Of a stretch of 39,516 nt of DNA, positions 24,292 to 36,808 are shown piece after piece. The translations under genes and the position numbers were made by a program. The stretch is taken from the NCBI RefSeq assembly GCF_006345805.1, contig NW_021835916.1, positions 1 to 39,516 on the forward strand, written 5' to 3'. The first letter of the stretch is position 1; every line of letters begins with the position of its first letter. Origin of the DNA: Octopus sinensis. Its lineage: Eukaryota. Below the pieces are notes generated by a model. That model was not told the origin of the DNA, did not search any database, and saw only the letters and a list, made by a program, of their open reading frames with translations.

Positions 24292-25443
24292 GTAAGAAAT
24301 CTTGCTGATCTGTCTGTTTGTCCTGCTTGTCCCACTGCCCTTATTGTGTAGAATAATATACTTCATGTTGTTATGTAGGCAGAGGTCTGCCATAATCTGG
24401 CAGATTTATGATAAAAGGTGTTCCTAGTGTCTGTTCTCTGTAATAGTATATCTCTCACACTACATCCACCAAACATTGACCTTATCCAAGTAGGAAACAT
24501 GTCACACTTCAAGAGGGTTGTAGTCTGCAACATAAAAATAATGAAGATTCTGCAAGATAATTAGTGAGTAACTGAAGTATCAATAAATCTCCATCAGCTC
24601 TATAATTATTATGAGTTTTATAAGATAATTATGAGTTATTAGAAGATAATTAAATACAACAGTACTTACAAGGACATCAGTGTCATCTTTGGTAAAGTAT
24701 TAAATTTAGTAGAATATTTTAAAGGAGTAAATTGTATGTGTCACCTGTTTTGAGACTTCAACACGCAACTCCATGTTGCTGTGTTGGTCTTTGGGTGATA
24801 TCAAGGCTAACAGAGACACTGTTTTGTCCGTCTCTCTCAAATTTAGGTTTTGGTTCTGACTTGAGTGTCACATTCCAACCAGATCATGAAACCTTCAAAT
24901 ATATCTTGAATGAGATGACATTCTGGTGAACTGTGAAGTTAAAATTAGGGATTATCAGCAACAATGTTTAACAAAGAGATCAGGTGTATGTTTCTCCTTC
25001 TTGAAGTGGTTGTGACATGTGTTTGTTGTTATATCTTTGATGAATAAATTTGTTGACACTGGAATCAAACAGGTTGTTAGTGAAGATCAGGGTTTTGAAA
25101 AGGCAATAGATTTGGCATAGATATAAGCAGGGAAACCAAAACCTACAGATTAACTGTTATTAGGTGATAATTAAGTGATATAATTACAGCATTGTTAGAT
25201 TATGTAGGATATCTTAACAGAGAGAGGAAATTTACAAAGATCAACTAGAGTTCGTTTTGGAGCTAAATATTGGCTATTACATGGGTCCACTGTTGAAAGT
25301 ATAAAAATATTGACCAAAACAATTATGATCGCCGGTTGGCCATTGATGGTATGAATGTTTCTCATTAATAAAATATAGATTATTAATAAATATAAAGAAC
25401 TTGTGCTATAAATAAATATAAAACTTGGAGACACATATTTCAG

Positions 25444-25494
25444 AGAGTCCAAAGTTTGAAGAGAAGGGAGTGCAGACTGTGGCAGAGACAGTTG
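25444..25494 (+). pseudogene. Cassette-like exon A (51 nt, (E)SPKFEEKGVQTVAETV) lacking a canonical donor
   Basis: The acceptor aaaacttggagacacatatttcag|ag is homologous to exons B-E and the death-domain exon. The donor position reads g|atgagt rather than g|gtgagt. Confidence 0.6.
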
Positions 25495-27170
25495 ATGAGT
25501 TTAAAATAAGAGATCTTAATTAATTTCTATGGATTTTACATTCACCTCAGCTATTTTGCGTATTAGAATGGTGGAGAACAAATCCCATCTCTAATTTCCA
25601 TTTGAAAGGTTAGCTCTAAAGTAATTGTATTAAAAATATTACTGAAATTTCATAAAGTCATGGTTAACGTGTTTGGTAAAATGGATAAATTAAAAGCCAC
25701 AATAGAGTTAATATTGTCTTCTGGAAGATGGAACTATAATTTATTATTTTAGGTGTAAACTCGTGAATTAATAAAATAGTTGTTTGTTTTTCTACTAAGA
25801 TCTTTCGTAAGTTTTCTGATAGGTTATTCTTGATGTTGTTATGTAGCCAGATGTCTGTCGTAATATTTTGTATTTTCTGGGGTTGTGTACCCTGAATGTC
25901 TCTGGTTAGAATACATTTTGTTGTTGCAAATTAGAAAATTCTAATTAAATATTAACTCTGTATAAGAATATTCATCATGAACTTAATTTTATTAAATGTT
26001 AAATTTAGTATTGAACCGTGAATATCTGTTTATATTTAAACAAATTATTGGTGTTTATACAAAATATACGATCAGAAATTGAATATGACTTGAATACACA
26101 AATCCTTCTTTGTAGCTATATATAATATACACTTATTACATTGTTTGAACAACATTTACCATCCATATAGTCATTCTTTTTCTCACTCTTGTTAGATTTT
26201 AGATGATATTAATGCTAAAAGAGGCACAGTTTTCTGAGTGTTTCACCCTTTGGTCTTGATTGTTGCGTTCAAATTATTTAATGAAAGATATCATTGTTAT
26301 TTGACCAGGAAATGAATTAATCATTAGTATTTGGCAGTGGACTTGGTTATATCTTTCTTCGTTTGCTCATGGAACTACCATAATATTAGCTGTGCTGAGA
26401 CACAATCATATTCATTGTAATGAAGGCTATATGTTCTTTACTCAGATTATATACAATCTATATTGATATCTAGTATTGCACCGTCAAGCACAGTGCCATT
26501 GTATCACATATATACCCAATTATCATGATAATTAATAAGCTATAATTCATTAACTCTCTTACATTTGTATGTCTGAAATGTAAACTGATTTTGTCATAGG
26601 AATCCTGTACCCTCACCTTACATGTTATATCTTGTTAGGGATCATGTTGGGGAAGGGTGTATGGAATTTGGCTTGTGGAGATGTTTTTTAGGGGACAGAT
26701 TGTGTGCGGGGTGGGGGGTATGCACATAAAGGACATGTCTTTATGGCGCAGTTTTACTTAATTAGAGAGGAATGTTGATTAGTGAATTCTAGAGATGAGA
26801 GGACTGTGCCATGCCATAGGTTTGGCACAGTTATAAGAAAAGAAAGACAATGCTAAGAGAAAACTGTCATCAAGTGTTAATTAAATGAGATAATTGCAAC
26901 ATTGTTAGAATATTTAATGTGTTTTTAGAGAGAGAGAGAGAGAGGGAGAGGGTGGATTTAGAAATGTTAGTCTGTTTTATTGTGGTCATATTGAGTTATT
27001 ACATGGGACCACTGTAGAAAGTACAGAAATATTGACCAAAACCATAATGGTCAACATTTGACCATTAACGACAGAAATTGAATGTCTCACAATAACAAGA
27101 TAGAGTTTAATATAAATAAAGATGAAGAAAGTTTATTTTTAAATGTAAAACTTGGAAATATTTATTTCAG

Positions 27171-27248
27171 AGGCTCCAAAGTTTGAAGACAGGTGTGTAC
27201 AAATAGAGGCTATATGTCAGGAATTAGGGGCTGCATCTCAGGCAATTG
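27171..27248 (+). CDS. Cassette exon B, 78 nt, phase 1/1 ((E)APKFEDRCVQIEAICQELGAASQAI)
   Basis: tttatttcag| acceptor and |gtgagt donor, with no stop in the frame set by the RING exon. Confidence 0.7.
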
Positions 27249-27498
27249 GTGAGTATAAAATAATAGTTCCCAATTGATTTCTGTAAGGTTTTCTTCCCCC
27301 GAGTATATTGTGCTTGAAAGAATAACTGAAAACAGATTCCATTCCTATTTTCCAATTGAACGATTATCTGTATAATAATTGAATTAAAGATATCGATTTA
27401 CTGAGAGTTTATGAAATACCCATTGAGGTTAATGCTGTTGGTAATAATGTTCAAATTAGAAGACACAATAGAGTTAATTTTGTCATTTGGTCAAGAAC

Positions 27499-28327
27499 TC
27501 ATCATCATCATCATCGTTTAACGTCCGTTTTTATAGTAGCATGGGTCGGACGATTTCACTGGCAAGGCAGTAGGCTGCGTCAGGCTGCAATGTGATCTGG
27601 CAAGGTTTCCACATATGTATGCCATTCCTAACGCCAACCACTCCGAGAGTGTGGTGGGTGCTTTTAACGTGCCACCGACACAGGAGCCAGTCGGGGTGGG
27701 TGCTGGCATCAACCACGTTCGGATGGTGTTTCTTATGTGCCAACGGCACAGGGAACTAGTCAGGCGTCAGTGACAAGGACCTATGCTTCTATGGTACTTA
27801 TAACGTGACACAGGAACAGGTGCCAGCCAGGCGGCACTGGCATCGGTCACAACTACAATTTCCATTTTGATTTCGATTTTAATTTGATTTTGATTTGTGA
27901 TTTCTGGTTTTTGGTTTTACTTGACTCGGAAATTCTTCTCAAGCGCAACTTATCACTCTGTGATTCAAGGGTACTTTTAAAAGGGGCTGGTTATGCGCCA
28001 CTGGTATAGGCTACAGCTGTGATCTCACTTCACTTGCCGAGTCCTCTTAATCACGTCATATTTCCAGAGGTCTCTGTCTCTTGCCATTACCTCTGTGAGG
28101 GCCAACGTTCGAAGGTCGTTTCACCACGTCATGCCTGTCTTCCTGGGTCACCCCTTTCCACGGGTTCCTTCCACTGTTAGGGTGTAACGCTTCTTCCCAC
28201 AGCACTCCTCATCCATACACATGACCATACCAGTGCAATTGTCTCTCTTGTACACCACATCTGATGCTTCTTATGTCTAACACTTCTCTCAGGCCTCTTC
28301 ACTCTGCCTTGTGTGCACACTGACATC
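27499..28327 (-). mobile_element. 5'-truncated RTE-clade LINE in unit 1
   Basis: The minus strand encodes the RTE C-terminus (QERQLHWYGHV at 28218-28250, VEGTRG, DRDLWKY), followed by 3'UTR and a (GAT)n tail, seen as (CAT)n on +. Confidence 0.75.
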
Positions 28328-29004
28328 GTTGCGTTCAAATTATTTAATGGAAGTTAGTCATTGTTATTTGACCAGGAAATGAATTAAGCATTAGTATTTG
28401 ACAGTGGACTTGGTTATATCTTTCTTCGTTTGCTCATGGAACTACCATAATATTAGCTGTGCTGAGACACAATCATATTCATTGTAATGAAGGTTATATG
28501 TTCTTTACTCAGATTATATACAATCTATATTGATATCTAGTATTGCACCGTCAAGCACTGTGCCATTGTATCACATATATACCCAATTATCATGATAATT
28601 AATAAGCTATAATTCATTAACTCTCTTACATTTGTATGTATGAAATGTAAACATATTTTGTCATAGGGACCTTGTGTACCTTCACTTAACATTTTACACC
28701 TTGTTAGGGATTTAGGGATCATGTTGGGGAAGGGTGTATGGAATTTGGCTTGTGGAGATGATTTTTAGGGGACAGATTGTGTGCGGGGTGGGGGGTATGC
28801 ACATAAAGGACATGTCTTTATGGGCGCAGTTTTACTTAATTAGAGAGGAATGTTGATTAGTGAATTCTAGAGATGAGAGGACTGTGCCATGCCATAGATT
28901 TGGCGCAGTTATAAGAAAAGAAAGACAATGCTAAGAGAAAACTCTTATCAAGTGTTAATTAAATGAGATAATTGGTACATTGTTAGAATATTTAATGTGT
29001 TTTT

Positions 29005-29038
<34 letters not shown>

Positions 29039-29257
29039 GGTGGATATAGAAATGTTAGTCTGTTTTATTGTTTCATATTGGGCTATTACATGGGACCACT
29101 GTAGAAAGTACAGAAATATTGACCAAAACCATAATGGTCAACATTTGACCATTAACAACAGAAATTGAATGTCTCACAATAACAAGATAGAGTTTAATAT
29201 AAATAAAGATGAAGAAAGTTTATTTTTAAATGTAAAACTTGGAAATATTTATTTCAG

Positions 29258-29335
29258 AGGCTCCAAAGTTTGAAGACAGGTGTGTACAAACAGAGGCTAC
29301 ATGTCAGGAATTAGGGGCTACATCTCAGGCAATTG
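29258..29335 (+). CDS. Cassette exon C, 78 nt, phase 1/1 ((E)APKFEDRCVQTEATCQELGATSQAI)
   Basis: Canonical AG/GT and an open frame. Confidence 0.7.
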
Positions 29336-29585
29336 GTGAGTATAAAATAATAGTTCCCAATTGATTTCTGTAAGGTTTTCTTCCCCCGAGTATATTGTGC
29401 TCGAAAGAATAACTGAAAACAGATTCCATTCCTATTTTCCAATTGAACGATTATCTGTATAATAATTGAATTAAAGATATCGATTTACTGTGAGTTTATG
29501 AAATACCCATTGAGGTTAATGCTGTTGGTAATAATGTTCAAATTTTAGACACAAAAGAGTTAATTTTGTCATTTGGTCACAGAAC

Positions 29586-30426
29586 TCATCATCATCATCA
29601 TCAACATCACCATCGTTTAACGTCCGTTTTTTATGGTGGCATGGATTGGATGATTTCACTGGCAAGGCAGTAGGCTGCGCCAGGCTCCAATGTGATCTGG
29701 CAAGGTTTCCACATATGTATGCCATTCCTAACGCCAACCACTCCGAGAGTGTGGTGGGTGCTTTTTACGTGCCACCGACACAGGAGCCAGTCGGGGTGGG
29801 TGCTGGCATCAACCACGTTCGGATGGTGTTCTTATGTGCCAACGGCACAGGGAACTAGTCAGGCGGCAGTGACAAGGACCTATGCTTCTATGGTACTTAT
29901 AACGTGACACAGGAACAGGTGCCAGCCAGGCGGCACTGGCATCGGTTACAACTACAATTTCCATTTTGATTTCGATCTTAATTTGATTTTGATTTGTGAT
30001 TTCTGGTTTTTGGTTTTACTTGACTCGGAAATTCTTCTCAAGCGCAACTTATCACTCTGTGATTCAAGGGTACTTTTAAAAAGGGCTGGTTATGCGCCAC
30101 TGGTATATGCTACAGCCATGATCTCACTTCACTTGCCGAGTCCTCTTAATCACGTCATATTTCCAGAGGTCTCTGTCTCTTGCCATTACCTCTGTGAGGG
30201 CCAACGTTCGAAGGTCGTTTCACCACGTCATGCCTGTCTTCCTGGGTCACCCCTTTCCACGGGTTCCTTCCACTGTTAGGGTGTAACGCTTCTTCCCACA
30301 GCACTCCTCATCCATACACATGACCATACCAGTGCAATTGTCTCTCTTGTACACCACATCTGATGCTTCTTATGTCTAACACTTCTCTCAGGCCTCTTCA
30401 CTCTGCCTTGTGTGCACACTGACATC
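29586..30426 (-). mobile_element. RTE fragment in unit 2
   Basis: Duplicate of 27499-28327. Confidence 0.75.
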
Positions 30427-31095
30427 GTTGCATTCAAATTATTTAATGGAAGTTAGTCATTGTTATTTGACCGGGAAATGAATTAGTCATTAGTATTTGG
30501 CAGTGGACTTGGTTATATCTTTCTTCGTTTGCTCATGGAACTACCATAATATTAGCTGTGCTGAGACACAATCATATTCATAGTAATGAAGGCTATATGT
30601 TCTTTACTCAGATTATATACAATCTATATTGATATCTAGTATTGCACCGTCAAGCACTGTGCCATTGTATCACATATATACCCAATTATCATGATAATTA
30701 ATAAGCTATAATTCATTAACTCTCTTACATTTGTATGTCTGAAATGTAAACTGATTTTGTCATAGGGACCTCGTGTACCCTCACCTAACATTTTACACCT
30801 TGTTAGGGATCATGTTGGGGAAGGGTGTATGGAATTTGGTTTGTGGAGATGATTTTTAGGGGACAGATTGTGTGCGGGGTGGGGGGTATGCACATAAAGG
30901 ACATGTCTTTATGGGCTCAGTTTTACTTAATTAGAGAGGAATGTTGATTAGTGAATTCTAGAGATGAGAGGACTGTGCCATGCCATAGATTTGGCACAGT
31001 TATAAGAAAAGAAAGACAAAGCTAAGAGAAAACTGTCATCAAGTGTTAATTAAATGAGATAATTGCAACATTGTTAGAATATTTAATGTGTTTTT

Positions 31096-31129
<34 letters not shown>

Positions 31130-31349
31130 GGTGGATATAAGAATGTTAGTCTGTTTTATTGTGGACATATTGGGCTATTACATGGGACCACTGTAGAAAG
31201 TACAGAAATATTGACCAAAACCATAATGGTCAACATTTGACCATTAACAACAGAAATTGAATGTCTCACAATAACAAGATAGAGTTTAATAAAAATAAAG
31301 ATGAAGAAAGTTTATTTTTAAATGTAAAACTTGGAAATATTTATTTCAG

Positions 31350-31427
31350 AGGCTCCAAAGTTTGAAGACAGGTGTGTACAAACAGAGGCTACATGTCAGG
31401 AATTAGGGGCTACATCTCAGGCAATTG
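31350..31427 (+). CDS. Cassette exon D, 78 nt, phase 1/1, same peptide as exon C
   Basis: Canonical AG/GT and an open frame. Confidence 0.7.
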
Positions 31428-31678
31428 GTGAGTATAAAATAATAGTTCCCAATTGATTTCTGTAAGGTTTTCTTCCCCCGAGTATATTGTGCTCGAAAGA
31501 ATAACTGAAAACAGATTCCATTCCTATTTTCCAATTGAACGATTATCTGTATAATAATTGAATTAAAGATATCGATTTACTGTGAGTTTATGAAATACCC
31601 ATTGAGGTTAATGCTGTTGGTAATAATGTTCAAATTTTAAGACACAAAAGAGTTAATTTTGTCATTTGGTCACAGAAC

Positions 31679-32520
31679 TCATCATCATCATCATCAACAT
31701 CACCATCGTTTAACGTCCGTTTTTTATGGTGGCATGGATTGGATGATTTCACTGGCAAGGCAGTAGGCTGCGCCAGGCTCCAATGTGATCTGGCAAGGTT
31801 TCCACATATGTATGCCATTCCTAACGCCAACCACTCCGAGAGTGTGGTGGGTGCTTTTTACGTGCCACCGACACAGGAGCCAGTCGGGGTGGGTGCTGGC
31901 ATCAACCACGTTCGGATGGTGTTTCTTATGTGCCAACGGCACAGGGAACTAGTCAGGCGGCAGTGACAAGGACCTATGCTTCTATGGTACTTATAACGTG
32001 ACACAGGAACAGGTGCCAGCCAGGCGGCACTGGCATCGGTTACAACTACAATTTCCATTTTGATTTCGATCTTAATTTGATTTTGATTTGTGATTTCTGG
32101 TTTTTGGTTTTACTTGACTCGGAAATTCTTCTCAAGCGCAACTTATCACTCTGTGATTCAAGGGTACTTTTAAAAAGGGCTGGTTATGCGCCACTGGTAT
32201 ATGCTACAGCCATGATCTCACTTCACTTGCCGAGTCCTCTTAATCACGTCATATTTCCAGAGGTCTCTGTCTCTTGCCATTACCTCTGTGAGGGCCAACG
32301 TTCGAAGGTCGTTTCACCACGTCATGCCTGTCTTCCTGGGTCACCCCTTTCCACGGGTTCCTTCCACTGTTAGGGTGTAACGCTTCTTCCCACAGCACTC
32401 CTCATCCATACACATGACCATACCAGTGCAATTGTCTCTCTTGTACACCACATCTGATGCTTCTTATGTCTAACACTTCTCTCAGGCCTCTTCACTCTGC
32501 CTTGTGTGCACACTGACATC
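31679..32520 (-). mobile_element. RTE fragment in unit 3
   Basis: Duplicate of 27499-28327. Confidence 0.75.
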
Positions 32521-33186
32521 GTTGCATTCAAATTATTTAATGGAAGTTAGTCATTGTTATTTGACCGGGAAATGAATTAGTCATTAGTATTTGGCAGTGG
32601 ACTTGGTTATATCTTTCTTCGTTTGCTCATGGAACTACCATAATATTAGCTGTGCTGAGACACAATCATATTCATAGTAATGAAGGCTATATGTTCTTTA
32701 CTCAGATTATATACAATCTATATTGATATCTAGTATTGCACCGTCAAGCACTGTGCCATTGTATCACATATATACCCAATTATCATGATAATTAATAAGC
32801 TATAATTCATTAACTCTCTTACATTTGTATGTCTGAAATGTAAACTGATTTTGTCATAGGGACCTCGTGTACCCTCACCTAACATTTTACACCTTGTTAG
32901 GGATCATGTTGGGGAAGGGTGTATGGAATTTGGCTTGTGGAGATGATTTTTAGGGGACAGATTGTGTGCGGGGTGGGGGGTATGCACGTAAAGGACATGT
33001 CTTTATGGGCTCAGTTTTACTTAATTAGAGAGGAATGTTGATTAGTGAATTCTAGAGATGAGAGGACTGTGCCATGCCATAGATTTGGCGCAGTTATAAG
33101 AAAAGAAAGACAATGCTAAGAGAAAACTGTTATCAAGTGTTAATTAAATGAGATAATTGCAACATTGTTAGAATATTTAATGTTTT

Positions 33187-33225
<39 letters not shown>

Positions 33226-33444
33226 GGTGGATATAGAAATGTTAGTCTGTTTTATTGTTTCATATTGGGCTATTACATGGGACCACTGTAGAAAGTACAG
33301 AAATATTGACCAAAACCATAATGGTCAACATTTGACCATTAACAACAGAAATTGAATGTCTCACAATAACAAGATAGAGTTTAATATAAATAAAGATGAA
33401 GAAAGTTTATTTTTAAATGTAAAACTTGGAAATATTTATTTCAG

Positions 33445-33522
33445 GGGCTCCAAATTGTGAGGACAGGTGTGTACAAACAGAGGCTACATGTCAGGAATTA
33501 GGGGCTACATCTCAGGCAATTG
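33445..33522 (+). CDS. Cassette exon E, 78 nt, phase 1/1 ((G)APNCEDRCVQTEATCQELGATSQAI)
   Basis: Canonical AG/GT and an open frame. Confidence 0.7.
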
Positions 33523-33772
33523 GTGAGTATAAAATAATAGTTCCCAATTGATTTCTGTAAGGTTACTTCCCCCGAGTATATTGTGCTCGAAAGAATAACT
33601 GAAAACAGCTTCCATTCCTATTTTCCAATTGAACGATTATCTCTATAATAATTGTATTAAAGATATCGATTTACTGTGAGTTTATGAAATACCCATTGAG
33701 GTTAATGCTGTTGGTAATAATGTTCAAATTAGAAGACACAATAGAGTTAATTTTGTCATTTGGTCACAGAAC

Positions 33773-34597
33773 TCATCATCATCATCATCATCATCATCAT
33801 TTAACATCCGTTTCTTATGGTGGCATGGGTCGGACGATTTCACTGGCAAGGCAGTAGGCTGCGTCAGGCTGCAATGTGATCTGGCAAGGTTTCCACATAT
33901 GTATGCTATTCCTAACGACAACCACTTCGAGAGTGTGGTGGGTGCCTTTTACGTGCCACCGACACAGGAGCCAGTTGAAGTTGGGGCTGGCATTGTCCAC
34001 GTTCGGAAGGTACTTTTTATGTGCCAACGGCACAGGGAACCAGTCAGGCGGCACTGGCAACAAACAATGTTTGAATGGTACTTATTATGTGCCAGCCAGG
34101 CGGCACTGGCATTGGCCATAATTACAATTTGCATTTTGATTTCGATCTTGATTTGATTTTGATTTGTGATTTCTGGTTTTTGGTTTTACTTGACTCGGAA
34201 ATTCTTCTCAAGCGCAACTTATCACTCTGTGATTCAAGGGTACTTTTAAAAGGGGCTGGTTATGCGCCACTGGTATAGGCTACAGCTGTGATCTCACTTC
34301 ACTTGCCGAGTCCTCTTAATCACATCATATTTACAGTGGTCTCTGTCTCTTGCCATTACCTCTGTGAGGCCCAACGTTCGAAGGTCGTTTCACCACGTCA
34401 TCCCCTGTCTTCCTGGGTCACCCCTTTGCACGGGTTCTTTCCACTGTGAGGGTGTAACACTTCTTCCCACAATTCTCCTCATCCATACCCATAACCATAC
34501 CAGTGCAGTTGTCTCTCTTGTACACCACATCTGATGCTTCTTATGTCTAACACTTCTCTCAGGCCTCTTCACTCTGCCTTGTGTACACACTGACATC
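33773..34597 (-). mobile_element. RTE fragment in unit 4 (more diverged)
   Basis: Homologous to the RTE fragments of units 1-3, with private variants. Confidence 0.75.
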
Positions 34598-35694
34598 GTT
34601 GCGTTCAAATTATTTAATAGAATATAGTCATTGTTATTTGACCGGGAAATGAATTAGTCATTAGTATTTGGCAGTGGACTTGGTTATATCTTTCTTCGTT
34701 TGCTCATGGAACTACCATAATATTAGCTGTGCTGAGACACAATCATATTCATTGTAATGAAGGTTATATGTTCTTTACTCAGATTATATACAATCTATAT
34801 TGATATCTAATAATGACCGAGAACAGGTTCCAATGCTAGATTTCATTTGAATGCTTAGCTATAAAGAAATTCTGTTCTTCTACAACAACACAAATATCCA
34901 ATAAATGTACTTTATGCAAACATCAGTTACTCATTCACTCGCAGAAAGAAAGATACAAAAATTAAATATAAACCCTGAAACGGTTCTCTCCCGTTAAGGA
35001 GAATATTCGCCCTGTTTGTCATCTCATTGTACTCATTCATTCTCTCTCTCTCACTCATGCTCTTTCTCTCCGTCTTTTCAAGAAAGATGCTGGTTAAAAG
35101 TTTCAATACAATAAATGATATCATCCTCATCCTTTCTCATCTGCTCTCCATGCTCCCATACACTAGGTGGGTCATCACTGTCCAAGTCAGTTGTATCTGA
35201 AATTACTGCCAACCGTCATTTGTTGAGGAAAACATCTCACTTAAACATTGCAGCTTTTCTAAGGTGGTAGACCCTTTCTAACCCCAACCACTTTATAAAA
35301 GGTCCTGGGTATATTTTATTGTCGCACAAGCATTAGAAATGATCATCAATTTCCCAACAATATCAAACGTTCCTTTCAAACTTGTGGTGTCATCTTTCCT
35401 AGTTTCCACCAACCACTTCCTAGTGTGTTCTGGGAGCATTTAATTATAGCACAAGTAGTAATCAAGTTGTGCTACATTCTATATAATTAGACGGTCCTCA
35501 CTACTCTATGATGTTTTGTTTCACTGAAGCTGATGACATTTTCAGGAGGTGAGAAGGGAATGTGATGACAAAAGAATCAGGATGCGGGGAGAGAAATTTG
35601 CAATACCCCCTCTCCCGGCTGTGGGGTCTTTGTCTTACATGTCTTTTGGCTAAATATTCCAGTACTTGTGCGTTACACAAAGGGGCCACGTACA

Positions 35695-35859
35695 CTCTGT
35701 GAGGTGGTTGGCATCAATAAGAACATCCTACCGTAGAAAACCATGCCAAAGAAACCATCTGGGGCCTGGTGCAGTTGTCTGGCTTGTCAGATCCTGTCAA
35801 GATTTCCAACCCATTCCAGCATGGAAAACAAACTTTGAATGTTGATGATGATGATGATG
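35695..35859 (+). mobile_element. RTE-related 3' end with (GAT)n tail
   Basis: gtgaggtggttggc...ccaacccattccagcatggaaaac...gatgatgatg is a diverged forward-orientation homolog of the tails in the tandem units. Confidence 0.6.
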
Positions 35860-36760
35860 TCTTCCAGTAACTCATCATAATTCTTTGTCTTAGATTGTTA
35901 CAGTAGTTTCCTGTCTGGTATAACATATTAGCTCAGTATAATAATATCGATTGTGGAAACCGATTCAGTGATTTTGATAACATTCATATTGAACAGAGAA
36001 CATATGTTCACATTTGAACAAAACATTGATGCTAACATATGCAATACATGGAAAGGAATGAACGTAAGAGATTCCTGTGTGACTTGAACTCACAACTCTT
36101 TTCTAACTATATATATATAATTATCGCTTGTTACGATGTTTCAATAACGTTTACTGTCCATATAGACATCGTTATACTGACAATTGTTGGCTTTGAGATG
36201 GTTTCAATTGTAAGAGAGTCACTGTTTTCAGTCTTTCACATTTTGGTTTTACTTCCGACTTGATTGTTATGTTGAAATTAGATCATGGAACCTGGTCATT
36301 GTTATTTGACCAAGAAAAGAATTCATCATTAGTATTCGGTACTGGAAATGGTTACATTTTTCTATGGTTTCTCATGGAACTGCCATCATATCAACTGTGC
36401 TGAGACACAACCATATTCATTGTAACAAATGTCACATGTTCTTCACACAGATTTTATACAATCTATATTGATAGTTAGTGTTTAAACGCCGCATTAACAT
36501 GATAATTAATCAGCTATCATTCATTAACTCTCTTAAACTTGTCTGTCTGGAAGTTTCATAGCATTATCTTGTACCCTCATCTGATATTTTACACCTTGTT
36601 ACCCTCAAAGTTAACATAACTTTTATATGGGTACACAACCACATCCCTACGAACTAGTTTTTACAGATGTATGCCCTTCCCACAATAATAAAGTGTTGAT
36701 TATCAATAACTATAATGAAATTATACTATAAAACGTAAAACTTGAAAATATTCATTTCAA

Positions 36761-36808
36761 ACACTCCAACGTCTGTGAAGGATGCCTTGACAACATCACA
36801 GCCAGTTT
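36761..36808 (+). pseudogene. Cassette-like exon F (48 nt, TPTSVKDALTTSQPV) lacking a canonical acceptor
   Basis: The context aaaacttgaaaatattcatttcaa| is homologous to the other acceptors but ends AA, not AG. A GTGAGA donor lies at 36809. The upstream intron from ~36290 is homologous to the tandem units. Confidence 0.5.

Larger units (their letters stand above)
26262..34809. repeat. Young tandem array: 4 full units (~2.07-2.10 kb) plus a 212-bp partial unit
   Basis: Unit starts (gttgc[g/a]ttcaaatt) at 26262, 28328, 30427, 32521 and 34598. Each full unit contains intron, a 78-nt exon, intron and an RTE fragment. Confidence 0.95.

Noticed and set aside
24495-25020. Short inverted pair catgtcacacttcaag / cttgaagtggttgtgacatg about 500 bp apart
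   Set aside because: It is too short and gapped, with no TSD, to call a transposon.
27518-34608. Recurrent short ORFs in the tandem units (e.g. MILICDFWFLVLLDSE, MPLAHKKHHP)
   Set aside because: They lie inside the RTE fragment or its 3'UTR, recur only because the unit is duplicated, and have no domain features.
26262-34809. Possible CRISPR-like or prokaryotic repeat system
   Set aside because: The units are ~2.1 kb with no short repeat-spacer structure, and the window is eukaryotic (spliceosomal introns, LINEs, SINEs).
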